Assembly (NCBI GenBank): GCA_937625935.1
Contig: OW569355.1
Coordinates: 310,001 to 374,000, forward strand
Direction of reading: 5' to 3'
Origin: Tetramitus jugosus
Taxonomy: Eukaryota > Protista > Heterolobosea
Length of the DNA: 64,000 nt
Positions within the stretch are counted from its first letter, which is position 1. Each line of letters starts with the position of its first letter. Shown here in pieces: positions 30,803 to 42,586 of the stretch. The translations under genes and the position numbers were made by a program. The notes under the pieces were generated by a model. That model was given only the letters and a program-made list of their open reading frames with translations, had not been told where the DNA came from and made no database searches.

Positions 30803-33800
30803 TTACAGCGAGGCCTGACAGAGGCTCACATTGGGGAATTCGATGACCAGATGGTCCATCAGTGTTTGTTTGGAGATGTGTGGTTTTAGTATGGCAATGA
30901 TGTAGCCACCGGATCCAGCACCAATCATGCATGTGCCGTACGTCATATCTTGCATCCGATTGAACAAGGGTTCCATGCTGTGCGATGTTGACATGGACAG
31001 TTCGATATTCAAATCTCGGACTTGTGTCAAGCGATTTCCGATTTGCTCCAGAAGGGTTTCATTGTGTTCTGTGTTTGAGAACCATTCTTGCATGTGAAGG
31101 AACATTTGTTGAGTTACATCTTTCAGTCTAGACAATGTCTCATCAGTGCTTCCCAGAGATACAATATGATTTTCCACTACGTTTGTCAGTACTCCCTTGG
31201 CCAATCTTTGTTTACCAGTAAAGACAACAAACATTCGATCATTAAAGTGTTGTTGCTTATTGGGATTGAGGTCGACATGACTCACACTGTAGGAAAGTGA
31301 AGCAGCATGTGAGGATGGGTCAATGGCGTTACTTTGAATAAGTTTAATGCCTCTAGTCATACCTCCGATCTGATCCTGCCAACCTCCACCAGTCGAGAGC
31401 ACTTGTTCAATTGCTAATCCCATATTCACAGCATCATCAAAGTGTTTGTGTTTCTCTGTGCCAACGATAGATTCATAGAACTTTGGCTTAATGTCGATTG
31501 CAGAGGTTGAGTGGCTCACGAGATATTGTCTTATAGATTCAACACATGCCACGATTAAGATTGATGAGGTTCCAAGACCAGATCCTCGAGGAATTCCTGT
31601 AACCTTTGTGCACAATTCAAAAATAACTGGTTTGTCAGCTAGTTGCAAGAAGAACATATCGGAGAGAGAGTTCCAGTCTAGCTCTGACAGTTCCTGCTCG
31701 TTCATCACACAAAGATTGGGGAATAGAGTGAAGGAAACAACTGCTTTGTGCATTCCAAAGTGTTCTTCTGTTGATATTGTAAACAAGTCTTGCAAATTCA
31801 TGATTGCACTTTCGATCTTATCATCATCATCCTCAATGACAAATACAAATCCACATCTATCGCTCGAGCGAAGTTTGATAGTCGCCTTGACAGGGTGTTG
31901 TCCAGCAATATCTATTGACATATTAAGAACTACACCTCCATGTGTTAGGCAGTAAGGTGGTGTGTCAGTCCATCCACCTGCGAGGTTGATTCTGACAGGT
32001 AATTGAACTGATGAATAAGATGGACGATGTGCTTGCTTCTCGAATCCACAGAGGATGGGAGGCACATGATACTGATCCATACTGAAATGTGGTACCAAAT
32101 AAGGTTGACATATCACTCGCTTCAATATGGATTCAGAGTCTTTTGTCAGGAGGAGTGCCGTTTGGTGTATGTGAGTTGGTTCGAAATGGTTGTTGAGTAT
32201 GTTTCTTATCAGGTAGGCTACACATCTCTTTAACCTCATTAAATCGAGTTGGTTTAATCGAGAGTGAGTTCGAATTAACCCTGATTCAATGAATTCATAC
32301 AATTGAATGGGTCCTTCAGTAACGAGCTTACGCTTGAGAGTAGCAAAAACGTGAGGACATCTTTCTCCCCATTCTGTAACATCAACACGCTGATTAAATA
32401 GCATATTAAGGTCAGTCATGGAAATGGTGTTGTTAAGATCGAGCAATCGTTCAACTTGTTGAACAGAGTCACAGTGTAGTAGAGCCTGTCCAAAGGATAT
32501 TCTTTGTATATCTTTTAAGTTGATCGAGCAATGATGCTTCTCTTGCTTTGATAGACTTGAGATAAAGAGTGCGTAAAATAAACTCTCTGCAGGAGAATCG
32601 GTCAAGATATACAGATTAGCATTCCAAATACTGCATTTCTGATTCAAAACATTCTCTGTACGCCATATTTCATGCGGCAACAAGTACGGAGAGAGTGACT
32701 CTACGATATTTGATGTTCCAAAATACTGTGCCCTATCAGCAGCTGATTCTTTCTTTAAATCATCACCTGTTCCAATTACGAATGTAATATACTTTTTCTT
32801 GCTATTGATCAATAAAGGAATCGTTTGAATAAATACTCGATCTGGGAGATGTAAAATCGTATCGCTGACGTTATGTTTGTGACACATTTCAATTAGTTCA
32901 GATTCTGAAACATCAATTGAGCTAATAATCGAATGCTCGCCAAAGTGTAATCTTTTCTCTTCGTTCGAGAAAACAATTGTCGAGTGTTCTATCACAGTGC
33001 ATTGTTCGAAGCGCTCTGATATCGGAGCACCATTCTTCACTATTGTCTGTATAAAATTACAATTCTTTGGCATCGGGAGATGCATCAAGTGAGATAGTAT
33101 ATTTTGGAAACCGCCAATCTCATTCAAAAACGAATTGTTATCAATGTCTGTTGCTAAATGTTCTATGTACTCTCCCATTGTTCCAATATGATAAAAGAAG
33201 GAAGGTTTGCAGCATATGACCTGGAATGAAATCTTATGCAACACATTAAACAGTTGCTGTTGCATAAAGGACCTGCTCGATGTTTTGTCAATATAACTAT
33301 TTTCGGATTTCAATCCAAGGGCACTCAAGAAGTCTCCATAACAATCCAACTCACACTTAATAACTGGATGATCGTATGCAAATTGAACTAGGACATGTGA
33401 TACATCAGGGAAAAAGAAATAGGAGCTATCTGTATATGCATGGTCTCCATTGATGATTGCTCCATATTCTTTCATTCGCTCCATCGATGGCTTATGAATA
33501 AAGTGATTGCAATCACAGATACAATTTTCGCTCGTATTCATTTCTTCATTCACGTTCTGCGGAAGCACAAATACACCATGTGTCAATCCAATCTCAACAG
33601 GAGAAGGATGAGCAAACGCAACTACTCCTTCATTTCGCTTCAACTTGTGCTTTGCAATGCTCTGAAAGACAAACGAATGATCAAATATACAAATATCATC
33701 GGCACAAGTCACCATGACTCCACCGCCCAAGCAACCTTCCCTCAATCCCTCACCCACACATGCAAACATGGCCAATTTCATCTCGAGCATACTCCACATG

Positions 33801-34267
33801 TTGCATCCATCTGAATGAAACGGCAATGGTGCAAACAGTTTACCCAGGGTCGAATGATTAGGCAATCGCTTACTAAATCCTCCACAATGAATCAACAAAA
33901 TCCTCTGTTGATCCATCCGTTCAAAATCACGTGCAAAAACATGTTCATACAAGTGCTGCATCACATAAATCGTAGCTGAACCACTTCCCATTGTTCCCTC
34001 ACGATCACAAATGACAATAAACTGTAAATCAGATGGAATTGTACCCATTTGCTTCTTGACTTGAACCTGATACTCAAAAATGGACTTTTGAAGTGGGTCT
34101 CTCGCTGTTAGCACACACAGATCAAACGGATATGCACCATTTTCATGAAGATTCTGTGCTTGTTGTTCGTGATTGGGTGTGCTTGCAATGTAACGAGCAT
34201 AGTGATCAATGGCGAATTGATGATATGATTTGAGTGTGTTACTACTAGTACTGTTTGGATTCGTCAT
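30803..34267 (-). CDS. Bifunctional L-fucokinase / GDP-L-fucose pyrophosphorylase (FKGP/FKP-like)
   Basis: LLIHCGGFSKRLP...GKLF, FYHIGTMGEY; GHMP kinase motifs PVRINLAGGWTDTPP, PRGSGLGTSS, GGGWQDQ, GAGSGG. Confidence 0.9.
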   Translation of the reverse strand: MTNPNSTSSNTLKSYHQFAIDHYARYIASTPNHEQQAQNLHENGAYPFDLCVLTARDPLQKSIFEYQVQVKKQMGTIPSDLQFIVICDREGTMGSGSATIYVMQHLYEHVFARDFERMDQQRILLIHCGGFSKRLPNHSTLGKLFAPLPFHSDGCNMWSMLEMKLAMFACVGEGLREGCLGGGVMVTCADDICIFDHSFVFQSIAKHKLKRNEGVVAFAHPSPVEIGLTHGVFVLPQNVNEEMNTSENCICDCNHFIHKPSMERMKEYGAIINGDHAYTDSSYFFFPDVSHVLVQFAYDHPVIKCELDCYGDFLSALGLKSENSYIDKTSSRSFMQQQLFNVLHKISFQVICCKPSFFYHIGTMGEYIEHLATDIDNNSFLNEIGGFQNILSHLMHLPMPKNCNFIQTIVKNGAPISERFEQCTVIEHSTIVFSNEEKRLHFGEHSIISSIDVSESELIEMCHKHNVSDTILHLPDRVFIQTIPLLINSKKKYITFVIGTGDDLKKESAADRAQYFGTSNIVESLSPYLLPHEIWRTENVLNQKCSIWNANLYILTDSPAESLFYALFISSLSKQEKHHCSINLKDIQRISFGQALLHCDSVQQVERLLDLNNTISMTDLNMLFNQRVDVTEWGERCPHVFATLKRKLVTEGPIQLYEFIESGLIRTHSRLNQLDLMRLKRCVAYLIRNILNNHFEPTHIHQTALLLTKDSESILKRVICQPYLVPHFSMDQYHVPPILCGFEKQAHRPSYSSVQLPVRINLAGGWTDTPPYCLTHGGVVLNMSIDIAGQHPVKATIKLRSSDRCGFVFVIEDDDDKIESAIMNLQDLFTISTEEHFGMHKAVVSFTLFPNLCVMNEQELSELDWNSLSDMFFLQLADKPVIFELCTKVTGIPRGSGLGTSSILIVACVESIRQYLVSHSTSAIDIKPKFYESIVGTEKHKHFDDAVNMGLAIEQVLSTGGGWQDQIGGMTRGIKLIQSNAIDPSSHAASLSYSVSHVDLNPNKQQHFNDRMFVVFTGKQRLAKGVLTNVVENHIVSLGSTDETLSRLKDVTQQMFLHMQEWFSNTEHNETLLEQIGNRLTQVRDLNIELSMSTSHSMEPLFNRMQDMTYGTCMIGAGSGGYIIAILKPHISKQTLMDHLVIEFPNVSLCQASL

Positions 34268-34450
34268 GATGCAGAGTCACTTTTGATTTGGTGTGTTTAG
34301 TTTCTATTGGATGGGAGTCAATCCATCTCTCTCTTGTTCATGTTGGGACTATTTTTGCTCATCTGGTGTCAGGTGCGCGCTAAAAATGTGAATCTACGGA
34401 AACTAGGCAAAAAAGTATCAAAAGTTATCATCGCAAAAGTTGGTTGGATC

Positions 34451-35318
34451 ATGTCGCAAATAACACCTCAATACTTGAAACAGCACTGCAGGGAACAAAA
34501 ATTGTACAGTACGCCCTATTTAAATGAAAAATTGTTCTTGCATTTTAAGGGTTTCACAAAGATTGAGAACTTGGAGGAATACACGGGGTTGAGAGTGTTG
34601 TGGTTAGAAGGAAATGGTTAGTTTTCTTTTGTTTAATTGACTATGAGGTTGTGTTCATTTCTTTCTGACTCTTTTCTTTGCAGCAATCAACAAGATTGAA
34701 GGATTAGAGAATCAGAAGGAGCTTCGGTGTTTGTATCTCCATCAGAACTGTGTGGAGAAGATTGAGAACATGGATCACTTGGAATATTTAGATAATTTGA
34801 ATTTGAGTGAGAATTTTATCAAGAAAATTGAAAATTTGAAGAATTTAAGCAAGTTGACCACTCTTTGTATTCAGAACAATAGTTTGACATCATTAGAGGA
34901 TGTGATAGAGCTTGCCGAATGCCAAAACATATCTGTTTTGGATCTTAGTAAGAATAAGATTAATGATCCAGAAATTTTAAATCAAGTGCTAAGTAAGATG
35001 CCAAATTTAAAGGTATTGAAGTTGGAGGGTAATCCAGTTGTTCGAAGTATTCCAAACTACCGAAAGAATATGATTTACGAGTTAAAATCTTTAACATACC
35101 TCGATTCTATGCCTGTGTTTGACGACGAGAGGAGACTCGTGGACGCCTGGAAGAGAGGAGGGATTGAGGAGGAGAAGAAGGAACGACAGATAATTCGAGA
35201 TGAGAAGCGAGAGAAGGAACGACAAAGTTTTATCTCTTTCGAGGCATTGATTCAGGAAGCGAGAGATAAAAGAGCTGACATGAGATCGGATACCTCTATT
35301 GTTGATAGTGTGGAGTGA
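34451..35318 (+). CDS. DNAAF1: Axonemal dynein assembly factor 1 (ODA7/LRRC50), LRR protein; intron 34617-34683
   Basis: [42 protein letters not shown]22-like LRRs, [41 protein letters not shown]. Confidence 0.88.
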
Positions 35319-35354
35319 TTCATTTCTGAGACAAGCGATGAGTGGATGAATTGC

Positions 35355-36898
35355 TCAGAGATTCGCTTCCATAAACATGGGGGATTTCAATAATTCCTCT
35401 TCCAATCTATATTTCTTTCCAATCAAGTTTTCCTCCTTCAGGTTGTATTCTCCTTGGATGGCATCTATTTCTCTCAGAAATTTCTGATAGTCCTGTGATA
35501 GTCGCAAGTCGAGAATCCTACTCTTGGTTGACGATTGCGAGGGTGGTGGATTCCTTCCAACTTCTTGGAACTCCTTACTGTAATTTCTCAACATTCGCAG
35601 AAGATTCCTTAAATTAGTTTCTGTTGCCTCACTATCAAAGTTCGCAAAGACATTCATGATATTTGTCAACATTGAATCATTGGACCCAGAATGATTTCGA
35701 CCGCTAGAAGCTTCAAAATTTCTCAAGAACTGTTGGATTGCTTGCTCCACTTCCTTGATCATTGACCTGCTGTACTGGACTTGAAAATCATGGGATTGCT
35801 TGTAAAAGTTTCTTTCTTCCATTAATGCCTCCTTCTCAATCGTCCATATATTCTTTTGAACATGAAAAGCCCGAACAAGTTCCCGTATGGCTTTCTCACA
35901 GGCTGATTTGTTGCGAGAGAAAGAAGGGAGTCTTGCTAATACTTCGTTCGATGTCAGACTGAGCTCATAGTGTACGTGATTCTCCACTGCAAAATCCACT
36001 TCGTCAGATCGAGCTTGAGATGTTGACGAGTAATGATTCTTGGAGGGAACGATCATTGATAACTCTACCAGATCAGTACTCAATCGGTCGATCATGTTTG
36101 TGGCATCTTGAATTTGTTTCAGTGATTTTGTCTTGGTTATGTTTTCAAAGTTCACAACATTGGGCTCTATTATCGATTGCAAGGAAAGGTGGAGCTTGCT
36201 CAGATGGCGGTATAGGCCAGAAATCTTGTCTTCCAACATCGATACTTGGGATAAGTTCATGTAGGCTAAATCTTGCATCTTCCCTTTGCACATTTCCTGA
36301 ACAGTCATTTCTTCGCTACTGCTCACGAAATCAGACTTCATATAGTATGTTTGGTTCTCGGCCTGCTTTGTGTACACTAGATACTGTTTGATCTTGTTGA
36401 TAACACTGTCAGCCCACCTTTTCACAGACTGTATTCATATCAGGTCAGCAGATGTTCATTGAACACAAGGAAAACCCTGATATTGATGACATACACTAGC
36501 ATTGCTGTCCTCTGAGACCATCTCTTGCAACTGAAGGGCGTAATTTTCGACTTCATTGATTATTTCAGCTCTCATATCAGAGGCAGAAATCAAAAGTTGC
36601 ACCTGTCTCTCCAATTGATAGTTCTTTGCTTTCAATTGCATCATTCTTCGATGTTCAATTTCCGTGTCTTGGTCATTGGTCAGGTTCTGTTGACGAGCAA
36701 GAGTGAACAATGTGAATGAACCAAAATACTCAGGGAATGAAAGGGAAATTTTACCTCGTATAGAGCTTTAAGATCATCTAAACTCTGTTCTAAGGACGCA
36801 TTCTGCTTTTCGAGCTCTGCAATGCGGCTGTCTGTACTAAATTCTTCATTGAAGGTCGACGAGAATGAACGAGACGCAGTGAGTTTTCTCTTTAGCAT
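35355..36898 (-). CDS. Coiled-coil hypothetical protein, probably 2 introns
   Basis: Three consecutive minus-strand coding segments joinable via GT-AG sites (about 36753-36684 and 36495-36429). Exon boundaries are approximate. Confidence 0.6.
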
Positions 36899-36950
36899 TC
36901 TTTACTTTTTGTTTGAAGTTTTGTGTGCGATGTTTGTTTTCGAAACAGCT

Positions 36951-39900
36951 TTAGATAACTTTCCACTCGGTTGAGTCTTGAATTTCGGCAGGAATTTCAG
37001 TTTCGACACCTAGTATAGCAGTTGATCTCAAAGGGTTTTCCTTGCTCAGATACTTGTTGCAGACCTCGACAATATCGTTAGGAGTGGTAGCAAAAATGGC
37101 ATCTCTTCTTTGTTGTCTCATCTCATCAGATATTCCATTGGTGAACAACGAAGCTGCTCTGGAATGTGGAGAAGATGGAGCATCAAGACCTTGGAACACT
37201 TGAAGCTTGGCCTCTTGCATCTCCAAATCAGTAAACTTCTTCTGGTTGACCCAATCGCAAACATTGTTGAAAATATTGACCGTGCGCACTGCGTTTGGAT
37301 CGCGATAAGAAGTGAAGGAAAAGACACCGTTCATACTTTCGTTAGCACTAGATCCATAGGCACCACCCTTCTCTCTGATTTCTTGATGCAAATACAGTGA
37401 ATTGATTAAGTTGGCCGCGATTCTTAACTTGATTGAATCTGGATCACCAAAAGGAGCTGCCACCAATGACTGAGCAACAAAATTGACTGATCCAGGCAAC
37501 TTGACATAGGATTTTTGGCTGTATGGTTGGAACTGAGCTCCTCCATTTCCTTGAATTAGTTGAGCGCTATGTGGAATAGAACCATAGAATTGGTCAAAGG
37601 CCTTACTGGCCTTAGGGACAAAGTCACTCTCGCTTGTGAACAAAATCTTCATATCCTGCTTCACTAACAAATGGTCCTTCATCTGTTGTAATTGGTGTGC
37701 AACTGAAGACACATCATCTGTCGATGCCAATGAATTTAAGAAGTTCAATCCTTGCAAGCCAGAGAACTTGTCCTCCCAGTCGTCATACTGGGTCAGTGAG
37801 GAAGAAGCATACTTCTTCGCAAAACGATTGCCATTCTGAACGATAGAGCTTTGGAACTCCATTGCTGATTGGTCAATCAATGATTTCAAGAAAGCTGGAT
37901 TGCTATCGAGCTTGGGTTCTGTGTAGATAGCATGCATGAGGTCCAGCATTTTCTCAACATTTCTCTCCAAGCACAAGGAGTGGATCTTGAAAACAGGTGT
38001 CATCTTTGTAACATCGTTCAGACTTGGAACCAGACAGAATGATGCACTAATACCACCAGTGTACAATTCAATCTGTTCAATCAACTTTTCACTATCCATA
38101 TCTCTGGCACCCATCTTTACCAGTGCACCTCCAAAAATTGGCAACAGTGGATGTAACTCTTCAGGAATGGCATCAAGTGACAATGGAACTTGAATGGAGG
38201 CATACACAATACCATTGGTCACCTCTCGACTCACATGAATTGGTGAGTCACCCAATCGCTCAACATTAACTGGATCAACAATCTTCTTTGGAATATCAGA
38301 CAGTGACAGAGATGGCAGCAAGTGCTTGTTCTTCTCCAGTTCCTTCTTTAACTCCTCGACCTTGATAGAGTTATTGACAATTTCTTGTTTATCAGCTTCA
38401 GTTAGAGTTGCCTCAATCTTTGAAACCTTTTGTTGTTCAAACTCTTTCAATTTCTCACCGTACTTCTCATCAGGGTTCATCACCACAGTTACCTTGTGGG
38501 AATTTCCAATAAAGTACTTCTTGGCTAAATTCTTCAAGAAATTGCTGTCAGCCAACTTTGACTTCAATTCATCTAACTGTCTGTTGATGTGCAAAACGTT
38601 TGATGGATCTTGAGCATGAATCCAGTTGGATACAATAGGATAACATAGTTCAACACCAAAATTTGGCGATTTCTTCTTCAACGACAATTCAAAGGAATGC
38701 ATAGCGGTGTTGATCAAAGATTCGGAGATACCTTCTCTAGCTACTTGCTCAAATGTTTCTTCGATTACTTTCTCAACCAATGCAACATTCTCCTCCTTAA
38801 TTCCTTGGAATCCAACTGTAAAGGTCGTATCTCTGTGACTTGATGAGTAGCCAACTCCTGGTGCAAAATCAGGTGCGATGCCCTTCTCAATAATATTCTT
38901 GTAGAATGGACCTCTAGGATCATCCAACAGCAGACTACTGAGGAACGACATGGCAATTGTTTCGTCTGAATCAGCACAATCATTCGTCAGGAATGATATT
39001 GCTACCTTTGTTTGTCTTGTAGGCTCGGCAGTCATTGGATCAGGTGGTCCATTCAGATACACTCTCTGAGGCTCAGTGAATCGTGTTACACGATCAATTG
39101 GATGCAATTCAGGCAAAGGCTTAAACTTTCCAAACCCATTCTCGTTCAAGAACCGCAGATGCTTATCCATTGGCAAATCACCATAGGTGTAAATGTACGC
39201 ACGACTAGGGTGATAATGAGTTTCATGAAACTGCTTCAGTTGTTCATATGTAATATTTGGAATGTCTCTTGGTTCACCACCGCTGTTATGCGCATAGATT
39301 GTGTTTGGTAAGACAGCAGCCTGCAAATTTCTCCAAAAGAATTGTGCAGGATCACTCATTGCACCCTTCATCTCATTATAGACTACGCCTTTGATCCTGA
39401 GAGGAGTAGTGCTGTCGTGAGCTTGATCAAACTCCAATCGATGACCCTCTTGCTTAAAATCAGTTTCCAACAATCGAGGGAACAATGTGGCATCCAAGTA
39501 CACAGACATGAGATTATAGTAATCTTGTTCATTTTGGGTAGCAAACGGATAAGTCGTATGATCAGATGCCGTATAAGCATTCATATATGTGTTCATACTG
39601 CGCTTGTACATGTTGAAAAACAAGTCTTGAACCGGGTATTTGTCACTGCCACACAAGGTTGTGTGCTCTAGGATATGAGGTGCACCTGTACTGTCATCCG
39701 GTGGTGTCTGAAACGAGATTGAAAAGGAATTGTTCTTATCGGATGGTGCCTCAACGTGAAAGTATTGCGCACCAGTGGAATCATGAGTCAAATGATAGGT
39801 GTTGACGTGGAATGAGGGAACTTGATCAACCTTGATCACACTCCATCCATCAATCTTATCACCTGTCTTGTATTTCAATGGAGGAAGTGGCATCACTGTC

Positions 39901-40169
39901 GCTGCTGCTTCATATGACATGTTGTTGTTGGTATGAGTGGTGGTGGAATAGGAAGAAGAAGCAAATGACTTGGATTTCATCATCATCATCATCATGTTAT
40001 GATTGTTCATTCTAGTAGTAGAATGTGTGCTCTGCTTTGCGAATGAAGAAGGAACATTGGTGAGTTTAGTGTGATGATGATGGCGATGAGTGATCGCATG
40101 CGTTGATGATGCTACGCATTTCTTTACTTGTTGTTGATGAGCTGTTGTTGACAAGAATTGCTTGAGCAT
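36951..40169 (-). CDS. PITRM1: Mitochondrial presequence protease (PreP/Cym1, M16C)
   Basis: Inverted zinc motif HILEH, MNAYT, FKQEGHRLE, KGVVYNEMKG, IREKGGAYG, SYRDP; N-terminus resembles a targeting peptide. Confidence 0.93.
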   Translation of the reverse strand: MLKQFLSTTAHQQQVKKCVASSTHAITHRHHHHTKLTNVPSSFAKQSTHSTTRMNNHNMMMMMMKSKSFASSSYSTTTHTNNNMSYEAAATVMPLPPLKYKTGDKIDGWSVIKVDQVPSFHVNTYHLTHDSTGAQYFHVEAPSDKNNSFSISFQTPPDDSTGAPHILEHTTLCGSDKYPVQDLFFNMYKRSMNTYMNAYTASDHTTYPFATQNEQDYYNLMSVYLDATLFPRLLETDFKQEGHRLEFDQAHDSTTPLRIKGVVYNEMKGAMSDPAQFFWRNLQAAVLPNTIYAHNSGGEPRDIPNITYEQLKQFHETHYHPSRAYIYTYGDLPMDKHLRFLNENGFGKFKPLPELHPIDRVTRFTEPQRVYLNGPPDPMTAEPTRQTKVAISFLTNDCADSDETIAMSFLSSLLLDDPRGPFYKNIIEKGIAPDFAPGVGYSSSHRDTTFTVGFQGIKEENVALVEKVIEETFEQVAREGISESLINTAMHSFELSLKKKSPNFGVELCYPIVSNWIHAQDPSNVLHINRQLDELKSKLADSNFLKNLAKKYFIGNSHKVTVVMNPDEKYGEKLKEFEQQKVSKIEATLTEADKQEIVNNSIKVEELKKELEKNKHLLPSLSLSDIPKKIVDPVNVERLGDSPIHVSREVTNGIVYASIQVPLSLDAIPEELHPLLPIFGGALVKMGARDMDSEKLIEQIELYTGGISASFCLVPSLNDVTKMTPVFKIHSLCLERNVEKMLDLMHAIYTEPKLDSNPAFLKSLIDQSAMEFQSSIVQNGNRFAKKYASSSLTQYDDWEDKFSGLQGLNFLNSLASTDDVSSVAHQLQQMKDHLLVKQDMKILFTSESDFVPKASKAFDQFYGSIPHSAQLIQGNGGAQFQPYSQKSYVKLPGSVNFVAQSLVAAPFGDPDSIKLRIAANLINSLYLHQEIREKGGAYGSSANESMNGVFSFTSYRDPNAVRTVNIFNNVCDWVNQKKFTDLEMQEAKLQVFQGLDAPSSPHSRAASLFTNGISDEMRQQRRDAIFATTPNDIVEVCNKYLSKENPLRSTAILGVETEIPAEIQDSTEWKVI

Positions 40170-40414
40170 GATGACTATGTTGTTGTTTTGTTTTTTGATG
40201 TTGTTTGCGGAGGTTTTTGTTTGGGAAGCTCTTTTCTTTTCCGCTTGAAAGAGGAAGATCAAACCGGAGAAATGCTAATTATTACGCCGAGGAACAAAAC
40301 ACTGAGAAGAGAACGAAGAATCTCTCACTTCAGCTGCAAATAAATCAAATAACTGCATCTCGGTGCACACCCTGTGGATGAAAAAACAAAATCACTCAGC
40401 ACACAAAAAAAACC

Positions 40415-41554
40415 ATGTTCGCTGCTCTACAATCCCGTGTCTCTGACCTTGTCTCCAACATTAACGACAACTATATCAACAACACTACTGGCCAGATCAC
40501 CAACAATAGTAGTAGTGGTAGCTCTGCAAACAACAATATCAATAATAGCAGCCGAACACATGAAAATCGATCTCTCATGCAATATTCTTCCGAATTTTCA
40601 AGTGAAGAAGAATATGAAGACGATGATGATGAATTCGGTCGTCACCATCACCATCACGCGATTTCAATTGTTGACAATCGAGTCTCTGCAGAGACGACAA
40701 CATCATCGGCAGGTGATACTTTTAAAAATATTACGAATCAGTTGGGTTCTGTTGCTTCCAATGTCGGTGGTTCAATTGCAACCAATGTGAGTCAATGGCG
40801 TCAAAATTGGTTCAATAATGATGCTACTACCACTACTACTACTGCTGCTGCGAATGACTCTATACTACCAGTAACGACAACTACTACCACTACTACCACT
40901 ACTACCATGACAACTGCACCAAAATCAGCAACTGTTACTACTAGTAATAGTGCAAATAACAATACTAGTGAGAGTGGTGAGAGTAGTGGTGCGATTGCCT
41001 ATCTATCTTCTTGGAAAGACACTGCAAACAAGCAATTGGATGATGTATGGGTTCGAATGAGACCAGTGGAACCAGTCAATGAACCCAAGGGCTGGTTCGA
41101 CAGTGTGACAAGCGAGTTGGATCAGTATACGACGATGAGTCGGACGAATCGAATGTACGGTTTTGGGATTACGTTGGGCATTGGAGTGTTGTTTATTGTG
41201 ATTGCCATGGCGTTTTTACCATCGATACTTGTTGCTGCGCGCGCCTTTGGATTGTTTTATACGGTTGGTAATTGTTGTTTGATTGCGAGCACGTTTTTCC
41301 TGGTTGGACCCATGAAACAACTGGGAATGATGTTTGAGAAGGATCGGTTGATACCTAGTGTTTGTTTCTTGTCCTCTCTGTTCTTGACACTGTTTGCGGC
41401 CATGGTTCTCAAGAGTGCACTGCTGGTGTTGATATTGTTGGTTGTGCAAGTCATCAGTTTGGCTTACTATATTCTGTCTTACATACCATTCGGTCAGAAG
41501 ATTGTTGGTGTGTTTGTGAGTTCAATATCAACCGCAATCAGAGCCATGTTCTAA
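40415..41554 (+). CDS. SFT2: Vesicle transport protein, SFT2/Got1 family
   Basis: C-terminal four-TM domain: FGLFYTVGN, FLVGPMKQLGMMF..DRL, YILSYIPFG. Confidence 0.88.
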   Translation: MFAALQSRVSDLVSNINDNYINNTTGQITNNSSSGSSANNNINNSSRTHENRSLMQYSSEFSSEEEYEDDDDEFGRHHHHHAISIVDNRVSAETTTSSAGDTFKNITNQLGSVASNVGGSIATNVSQWRQNWFNNDATTTTTTAAANDSILPVTTTTTTTTTTTMTTAPKSATVTTSNSANNNTSESGESSGAIAYLSSWKDTANKQLDDVWVRMRPVEPVNEPKGWFDSVTSELDQYTTMSRTNRMYGFGITLGIGVLFIVIAMAFLPSILVAARAFGLFYTVGNCCLIASTFFLVGPMKQLGMMFEKDRLIPSVCFLSSLFLTLFAAMVLKSALLVLILLVVQVISLAYYILSYIPFGQKIVGVFVSSISTAIRAMF

Positions 41555-41653
41555 TGGGATGGTCCACAGTGTAAAAGAATTCTGTACAGTTAAATGTCAC
41601 ATGTGTCGATACGTTGTAATTAATAAACACGAAGATGGATGCTTTATTCTTTG

Positions 41654-42418
41654 TCAAAATTTGGTTTGTTGCTGCTGCTCTTGCTTGTGCAAGATTCGAG
41701 CCAAGTTCAAGTCTACATAGCGGAATGTCAATGAGATTCGTCTATAATTCTCATCTCTGATGATATAGTCGTCAGTTGAACCTGGCAAGAGTAGTTTCTT
41801 GGAGCTCTTGATACCATGCTTCCATTGATACCGCGCTTCTCCTCTGAAAACGTATAGACTACACGGTTCCAACAACACTGAGAACTTTGATTTTTCTCGC
41901 TGTTGCAACTCTCCTGCGTTCTTGTCATTCGCTGCTGCCGAAATAGGACTAAATGTCATCACACTCGGCTCCAACAGACTCAATCCAACAATTGTATCAC
42001 CAAACACTTGATCATTGTCCATGTGATCTGCAATATTCTGATTCGACACGTACTCGTTCACCAAGCACTGATTTGGCATATTCCCTTCATGGAAGAAGCC
42101 ATCTTGAATAAAACGATCCATCAAGAATTGAACTTTGGATAATGGATCAACTTCATAATAGGTCTCTGGTTGCACCTCTGGAAGATGATGTCTCGTGTAG
42201 TAATACACCGGACCGTAGAATTGTATTCGCCGCCGAATGGCGGTAAACCATTTCCCCGCATTTACCAGGTCCACAATATTTTCTTGTTCTTTTCGTGAAA
42301 TGTAGTTGGGTATGTATTGGAGACCATCAATGGAGGGTTGATGGCTCGATGTTTGGAAGTGTCTTCGCACAAACTTGAGTGTAGCATTCAACTGGAGTTT
42401 TCGAGCATTTCTTTGCAT
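41654..42418 (-). CDS. AlkB-family 2OG-Fe(II) dioxygenase
   Basis: GLQYIPNYIS, RRIQFYG, NQCLVNEY, HMD, ARYQWKHGI, RRISLTFR. Confidence 0.9.
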   Translation of the reverse strand: MQRNARKLQLNATLKFVRRHFQTSSHQPSIDGLQYIPNYISRKEQENIVDLVNAGKWFTAIRRRIQFYGPVYYYTRHHLPEVQPETYYEVDPLSKVQFLMDRFIQDGFFHEGNMPNQCLVNEYVSNQNIADHMDNDQVFGDTIVGLSLLEPSVMTFSPISAAANDKNAGELQQREKSKFSVLLEPCSLYVFRGEARYQWKHGIKSSKKLLLPGSTDDYIIRDENYRRISLTFRYVDLNLARILHKQEQQQQTKF

Positions 42419-42586
42419 TTTTTGTTCGTGATAAACTTTTGACGGAGTTTCTCCACAGATGTTGCTACCTCAAGAACTTGACAGGGTTGTCTCAGCGAAC
42501 TGAAAACCGCGGGAAAAAGCAGCGCGCTTTCACAAAATGTCTGCTAATTCTCAACTAATTTTCTCAGAGTTTTTGTATCAATCCTA

